Positions 30,255-40,329 of a stretch of 64,000 nucleotides of DNA are shown piece by piece. Position 1 is the first letter of the stretch. Every line of letters begins with the position of its first letter. The stretch lies in the NCBI GenBank assembly GCA_021775615.1, contig JAJFHL010000308.1, forward strand, positions 298 through 64,297, read 5' to 3'. The DNA comes from Hyphomicrobiales bacterium (GTDB taxonomy: Bacteria > Pseudomonadota > Alphaproteobacteria > Rhizobiales > JAJFHB01). The position numbers were made by a program, and so were the translations under genes. The notes beneath the pieces are model-generated. The model was not told the origin of the DNA. It ran no database searches and worked only from the letters and a program-made list of their open reading frames with translations.

Positions 30255-31039
30255 TCCGGCACCGGGACCGTATAGTTGAGCGGCAGCCGGCCGCCATCGG
30301 CGTATATGGTCTGGCCCGAGATGTAGCTGGAATCATCCGACGCGAGGAACGCGGCAACACCCGCGATTTCTTCCGGCTCGCCGATCCGCCCCAGCGGCGT
30401 ACGCGACAGGATGCGCCGGCGCATTTCTTCGTCCGTGGCGACCGCAGACAGCATATCCGTCATGATGCTCCCCGGCCCGATGGCGTTGACCCTGATGCCA
30501 TGCGGCGCAAGCGACAGCGCCATCGCCTTGGTGAGCTGGTTGATCCCGCCCTTGGACACCGAGTAGGGCAGCTGGTTGGGGATGACGAAAACCGCGTTCA
30601 CCGACGACATGTTGATGATCGTGCCCGGCGCACCGCCCGCCTCGATCTGCTCCACCATCTGCCGGGCGACCGCCTGGCCCACCAGGAAACTGCCCTTGAG
30701 GTTGACCGCGATCACGCGATCGAAGTCTTCCTCCGACAGCTCGAGAAATTCGCCGCCGGCAACGATCGCCGCGTTGTTGATGAGAATGTCGACACTGCCA
30801 TAAGCCTCGACGGTTCCGGTCACCAGGTTGCGGATGTCGAGCCTTTCAGTGACATCGCAGGCGGCGAACATCACGTTATGGCCCTGCTCGCTAAGGTCCG
30901 CGGCTGCGGCGGCCCCGATGTCTTCCTCAACATCGGCAAGCACCACCTTGGCGCCGTCCTCGGCCAACCGCCGCGCGCAGGCAAGCCCGATGCCGCGCGC
31001 CGCACCGGTGACGATGGCCGTCTTGTTATCCAGTGACAT
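30251..31039 (-). CDS. SDR family oxidoreductase (glucose 1-dehydrogenase-like)
   Basis: VTGAARGIG, NNAA, YSVSK and VNAIGPG motifs. Confidence 0.93.
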   Translation of the reverse strand: MSLDNKTAIVTGAARGIGLACARRLAEDGAKVVLADVEEDIGAAAAADLSEQGHNVMFAACDVTERLDIRNLVTGTVEAYGSVDILINNAAIVAGGEFLELSEEDFDRVIAVNLKGSFLVGQAVARQMVEQIEAGGAPGTIINMSSVNAVFVIPNQLPYSVSKGGINQLTKAMALSLAPHGIRVNAIGPGSIMTDMLSAVATDEEMRRRILSRTPLGRIGEPEEIAGVAAFLASDDSSYISGQTIYADGGRLPLNYTVPVPD

Positions 31040-31081
31040 CTGCCCGTTCCTCCCCTCCGACCCCTCCCGCAGGCGCCCGGT

Positions 31082-32983
31082 TCAAGACCCGATACCGGCA
31101 GAAGTGAGCGCTTCTGTGATCTCGTCGAGTATCGCGGGATCGTCGATCGTCGCCGGCATGTTCCAGTCCTCGCCGTCGGCGATCTTGCGCATGGTGCCGC
31201 GCAGGATCTTGCCGGAGCGGGTTTTCGGCAGCCTTGGTACGGTCAGGGCAATCTTGAAGGCGGCAACCGGCCCTATCTTGGCGCGCACCAGCTGAACGAC
31301 TTCGCGCTCGATGTCGCCGGAGCTGCGATCGACCCCGCTGTTGAGCACGATGAAGCCGGCAGGAATCTGGCCCTTCAGCTGATCGGCAATTCCGATCACC
31401 GCACACTCCGCCACATCCGGGTGGCTCGCCAGCACCTCTTCCATGCCGCCGGTCGAGAGCCGGTGTCCGGCAACGTTGATGATGTCGTCGGTCCGCGCCA
31501 TGATGTAGACATAGCCGTTCTCGTCCTTGTAGCCGGCATCGGCGGTCTCGTAGTAACCGGGGAACGCCTCCAGGTAGCTCTCTTTGAAACGCGCGTCGTT
31601 CTTCCACAGCGTCGGCAGGCAGCTTGGCGGCAGGGGCAGCTTCACGCAGATCGCGCCGATTTCGCCATCCGCCACCGGGCCGCCCTCGTCATCGAGCACA
31701 TGAATGTCATAGCCGGGCATCGCCACCGTGGGCGAGCCGTGCACCACCGGCAGTTGGCCAAGGCCCAGCGGATTGGCGGCAATCGACCAGCCGGTCTCGG
31801 TCTGCCACCAGTGATCGATCACCGGCACCTTGAGCATGTCCTCGGCCCATTGCAGCGTGTCCGGATCGGCCCGTTCGCCGGCGAGAAACAGGGTGCGGAA
31901 ATGCGACAGGTCATACTTGCCGATGAACTCGCCCTTCGGGTCTTCCTTCCGGATTGCCCGGAACGCGGTCGGCGCGGTGAACAGGGAAACCACCTTGTGG
32001 TCGGCAATCACCCGCCAGAAGGTGCCGGCATCGGGAGTGCCGATCGGCTTGCCTTCGAACAGCACGGTTGTGCAGCCGTGCAGCAGCGGCGCGTAGACGA
32101 TATAGGAATGCCCCACCACCCAGCCGACATCGGACGCCGCCCAATAGGCTTCGCCCGGATTGATGTCGTAGATGTTCTTCATCGTCCATTTGAGCGCAAC
32201 CATGTGGCCGCCATTGTCGCGCACCACGCCCTTCGGGATCCCGGTGGTGCCGGACGTATAGAGAATGTAGAGCGGATCGGTCGCTGCGACCGGAACGCAC
32301 TCCGCCGCGCGCCCTTCACTCTTGGCCGTTGCCACCTGTTCCGCCCAGTCCAGATCGCGGCCGTCCGTCATCGCCGCCTCTTCCATCGGGCGCTGCAGCA
32401 CGATGCACCTGTCCGGCTTGTGTTCGGAAATCTCGATAGCTTCGTCGAGCAGGGGTTTGTAGGCAACCACTCGACCCGGCTCGATGCCGCAGGACGCGCT
32501 GACAATGACCTTGGGGGTGGCGTCATTGACGCGGGTGGCAAGCTCCTTTGGCGCAAAGCCGCCGAACACCACCGAATGTATCGCACCGATACGGGCACAG
32601 GCGAGCATGGCGATAGCCGCTTCGGGGATCATCGGCATGTAGCAGATCACCCGGTCTCCCTTGGCCACGCCGCAATCCTGAAGCACCGCGGCAAAGGCGG
32701 CGACCTCGTCGCGCAACTCATTGTAGGTGAATGTCTTGACCTGGTTGGTGACCGGGCTGTCGTAAATCAGCGCCGCCTGATCGCCGCGGCCGTCATCGAT
32801 ATGCCGGTCGATGCAGTTGTGGCACGTATTGCACTCGGCGCCGACAAACCAGCGGTCCAGGCCGTCGACCTTGGCAAAGACCTTGTCCCAGGGCTTGTAC
32901 CAGTCGATCCCCCGCGCAGCCTCTCCCCAGAACCTTTCAGGATCCTTCTGCCATCCCTCGTAAACCTCGTGATACCGGCTCAT
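31082..32983 (-). CDS. prpE: Propionyl-CoA synthetase
   Basis: YILYTSGTTG.PKGVVRDNGGH, DVGWVVGHSY, DHWWQTETGW and LPKTRSGK motifs; ATG at 32983. Confidence 0.88.
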   Translation of the reverse strand: MSRYHEVYEGWQKDPERFWGEAARGIDWYKPWDKVFAKVDGLDRWFVGAECNTCHNCIDRHIDDGRGDQAALIYDSPVTNQVKTFTYNELRDEVAAFAAVLQDCGVAKGDRVICYMPMIPEAAIAMLACARIGAIHSVVFGGFAPKELATRVNDATPKVIVSASCGIEPGRVVAYKPLLDEAIEISEHKPDRCIVLQRPMEEAAMTDGRDLDWAEQVATAKSEGRAAECVPVAATDPLYILYTSGTTGIPKGVVRDNGGHMVALKWTMKNIYDINPGEAYWAASDVGWVVGHSYIVYAPLLHGCTTVLFEGKPIGTPDAGTFWRVIADHKVVSLFTAPTAFRAIRKEDPKGEFIGKYDLSHFRTLFLAGERADPDTLQWAEDMLKVPVIDHWWQTETGWSIAANPLGLGQLPVVHGSPTVAMPGYDIHVLDDEGGPVADGEIGAICVKLPLPPSCLPTLWKNDARFKESYLEAFPGYYETADAGYKDENGYVYIMARTDDIINVAGHRLSTGGMEEVLASHPDVAECAVIGIADQLKGQIPAGFIVLNSGVDRSSGDIEREVVQLVRAKIGPVAAFKIALTVPRLPKTRSGKILRGTMRKIADGEDWNMPATIDDPAILDEITEALTSAGIGS

Positions 32984-33287
32984 ACCGCCTCCCCATTGCA
33001 ACGCCCGCCTCCGGCGCTCTTAAAGCATTCCGTCAGCTTTTACCCTTCACACCATTGTCCAGACCAGTCGGCGCGAATGCAAGGTCCTTCAGGTTCAACT
33101 ATCGCATGAGCGTCGCGCACGTCACATGACATCGATCAACCGATTTTGCGAGGCTGGCATGGAGCGCTGGGACATTGCGAATGTTCAGGTGTAACTCTAA
33201 CATTTTCACAGCGGCGCGAACGTCTTAACATTCGCGTTCAGATATCTGCACCGCCACTTGCTCTGCGCACGAGGGAACACGATCATC

Positions 33288-34916
33288 ATGTCCACGAGCC
33301 CCTACGACCGCGATCTCGACAAGACGCCCGCAAACTTCCAGGCGCTCTCGCCGCTCACCTTTCTTGACCGCGCGGCCGGCATATTTCCCGATCACACCGC
33401 CATAATTCACGGCTCGCGGCGCACCAGCTACGACGCGTTCTACGCCCGCGCCCGCAAGCTCGCGTCCGCGCTGGCAAAGCACGGCGTTTCGAAAGGCGAC
33501 ACCGTGTCGGTCATGCTGGCCAACACACCGCCAATGCTCGAGGCGCATTACGGCGTGCCGATGACCGGGGCCATCCTCAATTGCCTCAACACCAGGCTGG
33601 ATGCCGCCGCCATTGCCTTCATTCTGGATCACGCGGAAGCGAAGGTCGTCATCACCGACCGCGAGTTCGCATCCACCATGAAGGCGGCCCTGGAGCAGGC
33701 GGACGTCGACCCGTTTGTCATCGATTATGACGACCCCGAATTTCCGCAGGACGGCGAGCTTCTCGGCGATGTCGAATACGAAGCCTTCATCGCCGACGGC
33801 GATCCGGAGTTCCAGTGGTCCCTGCCCGCAGACGAATGGGATTCGATTGCCCTCAACTACACTTCCGGCACCACCGGCAATCCCAAGGGCGTGGTCTATT
33901 CCCACCGCGGCGCCTACCTGATGGTGACGTCGAATGTGATCGCCGCCGACATGGGCAAGCATCCCGTCTACCTGTGGACGCTGCCCATGTTCCACTGCAA
34001 CGGCTGGTGCTTTCCCTGGTCGCTGTCGGTGGTCGCGGGCACCCATGTCTGCCTGCGCTGGGTCCGCGCCGGCGCCGTCTTCGATGCTTTGGCCGACCAC
34101 AAGGTGACCCATCTGTGCGGTGCGCCCGTCGTCATGTCGACGCTTCTGGGCGCGTCCGAAGAGGAAAAGCGCGATCTGCCGCACAAGGTGCAGTTCGTCA
34201 CCGCCGCGGCGCCGCCGCCCGAAGCGGTTCTCGCCGGCATGGCCGACGCCGGTTTCAACGTGGTCCATGTCTATGGCCTCACCGAGGTCTACGGCCCCGC
34301 CGTCGTAAACGAGTGGCGCGAGAAGTGGGACAGTGCCAGTGCAGCGGAACGCGCCACGCTCAAGGCCCGCCAGGGGGTCCGTTACCCCTGCCTGGAGGAT
34401 CTCGCGGTCTGCGACCCATCGACCATGCAGCCGGTGCCGCGCGACGGCGAGACCATCGGCGAGGTGATGCTGCGCGGTAACATCATCATGAAGGGATATC
34501 TGAAGAACCCCAGGGCCACGCGAGAAGCGCTCGCCGGCGGCTGGTTCCACTCCGGCGATCTAGGAGTCTGGCATCCCGACGGCTATATTCAGCTCAAGGA
34601 CCGTTCCAAGGACATCATCATTTCCGGCGGCGAGAACATTTCCTCAATCGAGGTCGAGGACACGTTCTACAAGCATCCCGCGGTCGCCGCCGTGGCGGTG
34701 GTCGCCAAGCCGGACGACAAGTGGGGCGAGACCCCGTGCGCCTTTGTCGAGTTGAAGAACGGTGAAGATGTCTCCGCGGAGGACCTGATCAAGTTCGCCC
34801 GCGACAATCTCGCCGCGTACAAATGCCCGCGCCACGTGGTGTTCGCTGAACTGCCGAAGACGTCGACCGGCAAGATCCAGAAGTTCAAGCTGCGCACAGT
34901 CGCCGAGGAAATGTGA
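33288..34916 (+). CDS. Acyl-CoA synthetase (AAE/DmdB-like subfamily)
   Basis: ANFQALSPLTFL, LNYTSGTTGNPKG, TLPMFHCNGW and LPKTSTGK motifs. Confidence 0.92.
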   Translation: MSTSPYDRDLDKTPANFQALSPLTFLDRAAGIFPDHTAIIHGSRRTSYDAFYARARKLASALAKHGVSKGDTVSVMLANTPPMLEAHYGVPMTGAILNCLNTRLDAAAIAFILDHAEAKVVITDREFASTMKAALEQADVDPFVIDYDDPEFPQDGELLGDVEYEAFIADGDPEFQWSLPADEWDSIALNYTSGTTGNPKGVVYSHRGAYLMVTSNVIAADMGKHPVYLWTLPMFHCNGWCFPWSLSVVAGTHVCLRWVRAGAVFDALADHKVTHLCGAPVVMSTLLGASEEEKRDLPHKVQFVTAAAPPPEAVLAGMADAGFNVVHVYGLTEVYGPAVVNEWREKWDSASAAERATLKARQGVRYPCLEDLAVCDPSTMQPVPRDGETIGEVMLRGNIIMKGYLKNPRATREALAGGWFHSGDLGVWHPDGYIQLKDRSKDIIISGGENISSIEVEDTFYKHPAVAAVAVVAKPDDKWGETPCAFVELKNGEDVSAEDLIKFARDNLAAYKCPRHVVFAELPKTSTGKIQKFKLRTVAEEM

Positions 34917-34919
34917 GCT

Positions 34920-35046
34920 GGCGCATTTGGTTTTGAAGTGACTTCGGCACCGGCCCGCACCCCCTCCCAACCACCCGATGGCACGGTACCCTTGGGGTGG
35001 TTGGGAGGGGGAGCGGGCCGGCACAGGCATTACACAACAGTTTCTA
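34920..35046. repeat. ~125-bp palindromic intergenic element, copy 1
   Basis: Long stem ccggcccgcaccccctcccaaccaccc / gggtggttgggagggggagcgggccgg; homologous, in inverted orientation, to 60565-60692. Confidence 0.85.
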
Positions 35047-35472
35047 ACCCCTAGGCCAAAGCACCATCTGCGTGCAGCGGAAGTGGGCGATGATCTTAGC
35101 CGTTTGGTCGGAAGTGATTTCCGCATCCCAGACCTGCGTTGTGCGTCCGAGATGAATTGGTCTTGCCACGCACCGGATGGTGCCCTCCTGAGCCGTTCCC
35201 AGATGGTTGCTCTTCAACTCCACCGTGGTGAAGCCGGACGAGCCCTCCGGCAGGCACTTCAACGCGCCATAGCCGCAGGCCGTATCGGCCAGCGCGACGA
35301 CGGTGCCTGCGTGCAGAAATCCGTTCCAGGCCTTCAGAGCCGTGCTGACGTCAAGCTCGGCAATGACCTCGTCGGCCTCGACCTTGGAAAAACGCATGCC
35401 GAGGCGGCCGGGCAGATAGTCGTCGCCCGCCGCATTCCAGGCCTCGATGCCTTCGGGAAGTTTGAAATCCAT
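35044..35472 (-). CDS. PaaI family thioesterase
   Basis: NGFLHAGTVVALADT, TVELKSN and HLGRTTQVWDA motifs; ATG at 35472. Confidence 0.92.
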   Translation of the reverse strand: MDFKLPEGIEAWNAAGDDYLPGRLGMRFSKVEADEVIAELDVSTALKAWNGFLHAGTVVALADTACGYGALKCLPEGSSGFTTVELKSNHLGTAQEGTIRCVARPIHLGRTTQVWDAEITSDQTAKIIAHFRCTQMVLWPRG

Positions 35473-35538
35473 GTGTGAGATCGTATCCGGTTGAGCCGGT
35501 GCTATGTGACAAATGGCGGCCGACAACAAGGTGAGTGA

Positions 35539-35577
35539 CAAAAAAAGGCCGCGCGTCTCGACCCCGATCGCGCGGCA
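35539..35577 (-). terminator. Probable intrinsic terminator of the DUF465 gene
   Basis: Stem gccgcgcg...cgcgcggc adjacent to an A run, which is a T run on the minus strand. Confidence 0.6.
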
Positions 35578-35606
35578 TATCTAACCTACTTGGATGGGCG
35601 GCGCCT

Positions 35607-35789
35607 TCAGGCAACCTGCTCCTGTTCGCTGCTGAGACGCGTTATCTCTTCCTTGATACGCAGTTTCTCGCGCTTGAGTTCCGTCAATTTAAGGGTATCC
35701 GCGAGAGGCCGTTCCAACTCTCTGTCGATTTCGGCCTCCAGCACATGATGCTTTTCGATGAGTTCAGCAAGATGCGCTTCAGTGCTCAT
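35607..35789 (-). CDS. DUF465/YdcH family small protein
   Basis: MSTEAHLAEL..KH..LE.EI..E..RP..D...L.ELKREKLRIKEEI. Confidence 0.88.
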   Translation of the reverse strand: MSTEAHLAELIEKHHVLEAEIDRELERPLADTLKLTELKREKLRIKEEITRLSSEQEQVA

Positions 35790-35967
35790 ATGCACCCTCC
35801 TTGGATTGTCGTGAGCAGACAACGCAAGTGTGACACAACCATGACGCTTTGTCGACTTGGGCACATGGCGACTGTGGACTTGAGGCTACGCACTTGGCCC
35901 GAGCGCCGCTTTGAGTCAAGATACGGATCAGCACGAGATATCCGGGAGCACATGAGCGAGGCAGCTG

Positions 35968-36174
35968 ATGATAGAGCTTGACCGCGAGCAGCTGAAACAA
36001 CGCCTGACCGAACTGCGCCAGCAACATCGCGATCTCGATGCGGCGATCGACAGCCTGGAGCACGGCGGCGCCGGAGATCAGCTTCGGCTGCGGCGTCTGA
36101 AGAAGCAAAAACTGCTGCTGAAGGATGAAATTTCGGAGATTGAGGACAGTCTCCTGCCCGATATCATCGCCTGA
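35968..36174 (+). CDS. DUF465/YdcH family small protein
   Basis: LRQQHRDLDAAI..L...DQLRLRRLKKQKLLLKDEI...PDIIA. Confidence 0.9.
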   Translation: MIELDREQLKQRLTELRQQHRDLDAAIDSLEHGGAGDQLRLRRLKKQKLLLKDEISEIEDSLLPDIIA

Positions 36175-36228
36175 CGGCAAGATCGCCCGACGGCAACGCA
36201 ACGCGGATCCGGCGCTCCACTCAGTTGC

Positions 36229-36951
36229 TCAGTCGAACTCCAGCCGGCCTTTTTGCTCGTACATGGAAAGATCGGCGCGCGCCATCACCTCCGCGCCGTC
36301 AGCGCCGTCCTCGAGTGCCGCCGTCCCCGCCGAGGCCGACATTCTCAGCACCTTGTCTTCAAATGTCACGCCCATGGCCTTGATGAGCTCCAGCAGTGAT
36401 TCGGCTTTGGTGATCGCAACGTCGACCGGGGTCTGCATCAGCAGGACCGCGAATTCGTCACCGCCAATGCGCGCCACCAGATCCGACTGACGGGTGTTCT
36501 CGAGCAGCAGGTCGACCACCGCGTGCAGCACCGCATCGCCCGCGGCATGGCCATGCACGTCATTGACCTCCTTGAAGTGGTCGAGATCGATATAGATCAG
36601 GCTCGCCGTCCCGCCATAGCGCTTGACGTAGGACATCATACGTTCGAGTTCGCGTTCGAAGGCGCGGCGATTAAGGGCCGGAACCAGAGGATCCTGGTCC
36701 GCCATGTCTTCTGCATCGCGCAGGCGCTTGCGCGACTGTTCAAGATCACGTTTCAGCCGGTCGACTTCACCCATCAGGGTCATGACCGCCTGCTGCACGC
36801 GCGGGGTCAGTTCCTCTGACGGAATTCCCATGATGGATGCAGAGTCACGGGTGACGTGCCCGCCCCGATCCGGTGTGGTCACCGCATCACGCGCAGTTTG
36901 CCCCTTGACCGTGGCGGGCCCGGTAACCCGCGGTGTCTCACCAATCTTCAT
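36229..36951 (-). CDS. Diguanylate cyclase (GGDEF)
   Basis: [31 protein letters not shown]-site and intact GGDEF; start is 36951 or 36972. Confidence 0.93.
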   Translation of the reverse strand: MKIGETPRVTGPATVKGQTARDAVTTPDRGGHVTRDSASIMGIPSEELTPRVQQAVMTLMGEVDRLKRDLEQSRKRLRDAEDMADQDPLVPALNRRAFERELERMMSYVKRYGGTASLIYIDLDHFKEVNDVHGHAAGDAVLHAVVDLLLENTRQSDLVARIGGDEFAVLLMQTPVDVAITKAESLLELIKAMGVTFEDKVLRMSASAGTAALEDGADGAEVMARADLSMYEQKGRLEFD

Positions 36952-37142
36952 GGTGCTCTCCGTACCCTGCATCTGTGTTGACGGTGCAGTTGACGGTGCC
37001 TTCGACGTCGAATCATGGGGAGTATACCGCTAATCGCCGATTTTTAATATCTGCTTCATTCTGCCCCTCTTCGGTGCGGAGCATTTATGTGATATGTCCG
37101 CCATCTTCTGGACCAACTGACCACGCGCGAAGGGACAACAAA

Positions 37143-37631
37143 GTGAGCGATCCGCAAGTTTCCATCATCATGGGCAGCCAGTCCGACTGGCCAACGATGA
37201 AGAATGCTTCCACCACACTCGACGAGTTGAAGGTTCCGCACGAATGCAGGATCATATCGGCACACCGCACACTGAGCCGGTTGGTCGACTACATGGCAAC
37301 GGCCCGTGAGCGCGGCATCAAGGTGATGATCGCCGGCGCCGGCGGAGCGGCGCACCTGGCCGGCGTGACCGCCGCCATGACGACGCTTCCGGTGTTCGGC
37401 GTTCCGATTGAGACCAAGTCGCTGGGAGGTCAGGATTCCCTCTTGTCGATGGTCCAGATGCCCGGTGGCATTCCGGTCGGCACGCTTGCCATCGGCCGTG
37501 CCGGCGCGGTCAACGCGGCCCTGCTCTCCGTCGCCGTACTCGCCCTCAGCGACGACGCCCTGGAGAAACGGCTCGTGGACTGGCGCCAAGCCCGTGCTGA
37601 CGCCGTGCCGATGGAACCGAAGGACGAATAG
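37143..37631 (+). CDS. purE: N5-carboxyaminoimidazole ribonucleotide mutase PurE
   Basis: [22 protein letters not shown] and [10 protein letters not shown] motifs; GTG start at 37143. Confidence 0.96.
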   Translation: MSDPQVSIIMGSQSDWPTMKNASTTLDELKVPHECRIISAHRTLSRLVDYMATARERGIKVMIAGAGGAAHLAGVTAAMTTLPVFGVPIETKSLGGQDSLLSMVQMPGGIPVGTLAIGRAGAVNAALLSVAVLALSDDALEKRLVDWRQARADAVPMEPKDE

Positions 37632-37826
37632 ACGGACCCGGCAAAAAAGCATCCTGCGGCAAGTATTCGTGCCTTCCATTATGGACAAGGCACATCGGTT
37701 TTGTTAGAGAGGCCTCGATCGGCTACACTGGTATTGGTGTAGGCGGGCGGTTGTTTGTGCCTCGTTAACATTCACCGCGTAAGCGTTCATGGTTTATTGG
37801 CCCGTTGAAAGGAGCGGAGATCCGAA

Positions 37827-38048
37827 GTGCAGGTACTTGTCCGAGATAACAACGTCGATCAGGCGCTCAAGGCGCTGAAGAAGAAGATGCAGCGCGAAGG
37901 CATCTTCCGTGAGATGAAGCTCCGAAATCATTATGAAAAGCCGTCCGAGAAAAGGGCGCGCGAGAAGGCAGAAGCGGTTCGCCGTGCCCGCAAGCTGGCA
38001 CGCAAGCGCGCTCAGCGCGAAGGCCTTGCTCCCGGCAAAGGCCGCTGA
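37827..38048 (+). CDS. rpsU: 30S ribosomal protein S21
   Basis: [25 protein letters not shown]...YEKPSEK. Confidence 0.98.
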   Translation: MQVLVRDNNVDQALKALKKKMQREGIFREMKLRNHYEKPSEKRAREKAEAVRRARKLARKRAQREGLAPGKGR

Positions 38049-38122
38049 CAGAGCACACTCAGTTCACTTGATCTCGAGCGCCGGTGCCGCCCCCGGGCGG
38101 TGTCGGACGGTGTCCGTTCGTC

Positions 38123-39292
38123 TCAGGGCGCCAGCACTTCGCGGTCTTCGGCGATGCCCTTCAATCCGAAACGCCCAAGAGATTCAAACTTTCCACCATG
38201 TACCGACGCAAAGTCGGCCGACACCAGGACAGGACGGCTCAGCTCGCGCGTCAGGCTCTCAATGCGGCTGGCAAGGTTGACAGCGGGGCCAATCACCGTG
38301 AAGTCGAGGCGGTTTTTCCCTCCGACATTTCCGTAGAGCACGTCGCCGAAATGGAGCGCTATTCCGAATCCGATCTCCGGCGCGCCGCGCCGGCTTCTCG
38401 CATCGTTCCGATCCGCCATTTCACGTTGAGTTCGGTGCGCCGCCGCGAGCGCCCGTTCTGCCGCCGCCCGGTCGCCGGCATCATCAGGCTGGAAAATCGC
38501 CATCACGGCGTCGCCGATGAATTTCAGCACTTCGCCGTTCTCCGCTTCAACCGCCTCCGTCACAACCTCGAAGTAGTCGTTCAGCAGATCGATAAGGTCC
38601 TGTCCCGGCAACGCCTCGGAGAGCGCGGTGAACCCTTTCAGGTCCGAGAACCAGATCGCCGCGCGGATCGTCTCCTGCATGCCCCTCCGGATGGCGCCGT
38701 CCGCCACCCGCCGCCCCGCAACCGGCCCGACATAGGTGTCGAGCAGAGTGCCGGTTATGACCCGCGCATGCAGCGCCTCCTCGATCACCGCGACGTAGGG
38801 CCGGATCGCCTCCAACACCCCAAGCGCGTTCGCACCGAACCCTCCGGGCCGGTCGGTCGCATAGCTGACCGCCTTGGTCGTGCCGTCGGAGAACGGCAGG
38901 GGCATGACCACATAGTCGGTCAGGCCCTCGGCGCGAAGGTCGGCCAGCACGCCGAACTCGCCATCGACGGGAGGCGCTTCCAGGGGGCAATGGACAGTGC
39001 GGCTTTCGTTGTAGACCACTTTCAGCGGTGAGTTGTCGAACTGGTGCGCGGTTTCCGGCGTCATCCGATAGGAGCGGCCGGTCGTGCCCTTTCCGTGTTC
39101 CCAGAGGCCGGAGAACGAGTCCACGTTGGGATGCAGTGTCGGCACGCCGGTGGTGATGCGGGTGACCCCGAGACCCGAGCCGTGTAGCCGCTCGCCGAAG
39201 AGCCTCAGATAATCGGCCGGGTTGGCAATGAAGCGCGCTTCGTGGATCAGCCACGCGCACAGTTCATCGGCACTGGAGGGGTCCTCGATCAT
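38123..39292 (-). CDS. Class III adenylate/guanylate cyclase with N-terminal GAF-like region
   Basis: WFSDLKGFT, KFIGDAVMAIF and GNVG...LDFTVIGPAVNLASRIE motifs; the K/D residues suggest ATP specificity. Confidence 0.92.
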   Translation of the reverse strand: MIEDPSSADELCAWLIHEARFIANPADYLRLFGERLHGSGLGVTRITTGVPTLHPNVDSFSGLWEHGKGTTGRSYRMTPETAHQFDNSPLKVVYNESRTVHCPLEAPPVDGEFGVLADLRAEGLTDYVVMPLPFSDGTTKAVSYATDRPGGFGANALGVLEAIRPYVAVIEEALHARVITGTLLDTYVGPVAGRRVADGAIRRGMQETIRAAIWFSDLKGFTALSEALPGQDLIDLLNDYFEVVTEAVEAENGEVLKFIGDAVMAIFQPDDAGDRAAAERALAAAHRTQREMADRNDARSRRGAPEIGFGIALHFGDVLYGNVGGKNRLDFTVIGPAVNLASRIESLTRELSRPVLVSADFASVHGGKFESLGRFGLKGIAEDREVLAP

Positions 39293-39438
39293 GGCCGCAC
39301 CTTATTCGACCTGCGCCCGGTTTCAAGCAACGTCGAGCGCTGATTAACGTCGCCAACAAGGGTCACCAACCACCGTCTTCCGTTTCGCCGCCGCTTGCTT
39401 TACGATTCCGCCTGCACATAGGAGTTGAGACCCCCGCG

Positions 39439-40152
39439 ATGCCGGTTCGTTTTTTCAATAGTTCGACACACGCCGCCCACACCGTGCTGGCGGCGGCACT
39501 CGCCTGCGGGTTGACGGTGGCCCTTGCCGGACCGGCGGCGGCGGCGCCGAAAGTTTCAGTCAAGACTGTTTACTACACCGTGCACGGAAATACTCCGCAG
39601 GCCATGCTCTCCTACATGCAGCGCAACGGTCCGCATGGCGAGGCCGGCCGGGCACTTGGAACAACCAGCGTCTCGACCGGATACAAAATGACCCTGGTTC
39701 CGGTGAGCGGAGGGTGCGTGATCCGCGATTACAAGCTCGAAGTGGCGATCACCATAAACCTGCCGAGGCTGGCGCCGGGGCAGAAACTCAGTGCATCGGT
39801 GCGTGCGCGATGGAACGGCCTCGCCGCCTTCGTGCGGGTCCACGAAAACCACCACAAGTCGGTAAATCTGAAATGCGCCAGGCGGACCGACCAGCGGGTG
39901 CGTTCAATCAGCCGCAAGCTGTCATGCAGCGCGGCTCGTGCGCGGGTCCGGACCATCTTCGCCGAAGAGAACGCCAAATGCGGGCGCATCCATGACGCCT
40001 TTGACCAGCGCGAGGCCAAGCGGATCGCCAACCTGCCCTTTATTCGGCAGGCAGCGGCGCCGGAAGCCGCACCGCGGCGGACCAGAACCCGGCAAACCCG
40101 CACCACACGCCGCAGCATCCCAACGCCGGTCGCCGGCCGCGACCTTAAGTAG
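39439..40152 (+). CDS. DUF922 family secreted putative Zn-protease
   Basis: Signal peptide, YYTVHGNT...GP, ITINLP and HENHH (HExxH) motifs. Confidence 0.85.
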   Translation: MPVRFFNSSTHAAHTVLAAALACGLTVALAGPAAAAPKVSVKTVYYTVHGNTPQAMLSYMQRNGPHGEAGRALGTTSVSTGYKMTLVPVSGGCVIRDYKLEVAITINLPRLAPGQKLSASVRARWNGLAAFVRVHENHHKSVNLKCARRTDQRVRSISRKLSCSAARARVRTIFAEENAKCGRIHDAFDQREAKRIANLPFIRQAAAPEAAPRRTRTRQTRTTRRSIPTPVAGRDLK

Positions 40153-40280
40153 GACAAGACTGACAGAAAAATACGGGGCCCGCCGATCTCGAAGGCTTGA
40201 AACCGCGCTCACGGACCCCACATAAAGTCGTGAAGAGAATTGATACTCCCCTTCACCCCGAGCGCAAGATATTCCCCTCT

Positions 40281-40313
40281 AAACCCCGGCGACAGGCCGG
40301 GGTTTTGCTTTTT
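40281..40313 (+). terminator. Probable intrinsic terminator between convergent genes
   Basis: aaaccccggc-gacag-gccggggttt followed by tgcttttt. Confidence 0.6.
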
Positions 40314-40329
40314 CGGGGCCGCTCGGCCT

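Noticed and set aside
35952-35981. Out-of-frame ATG with SD just upstream of the plus-strand DUF465 gene (possible frameshift)
   Set aside because: The ATG at 35968 has its own GAGG and gives a full-length family member, so no frameshift is needed.
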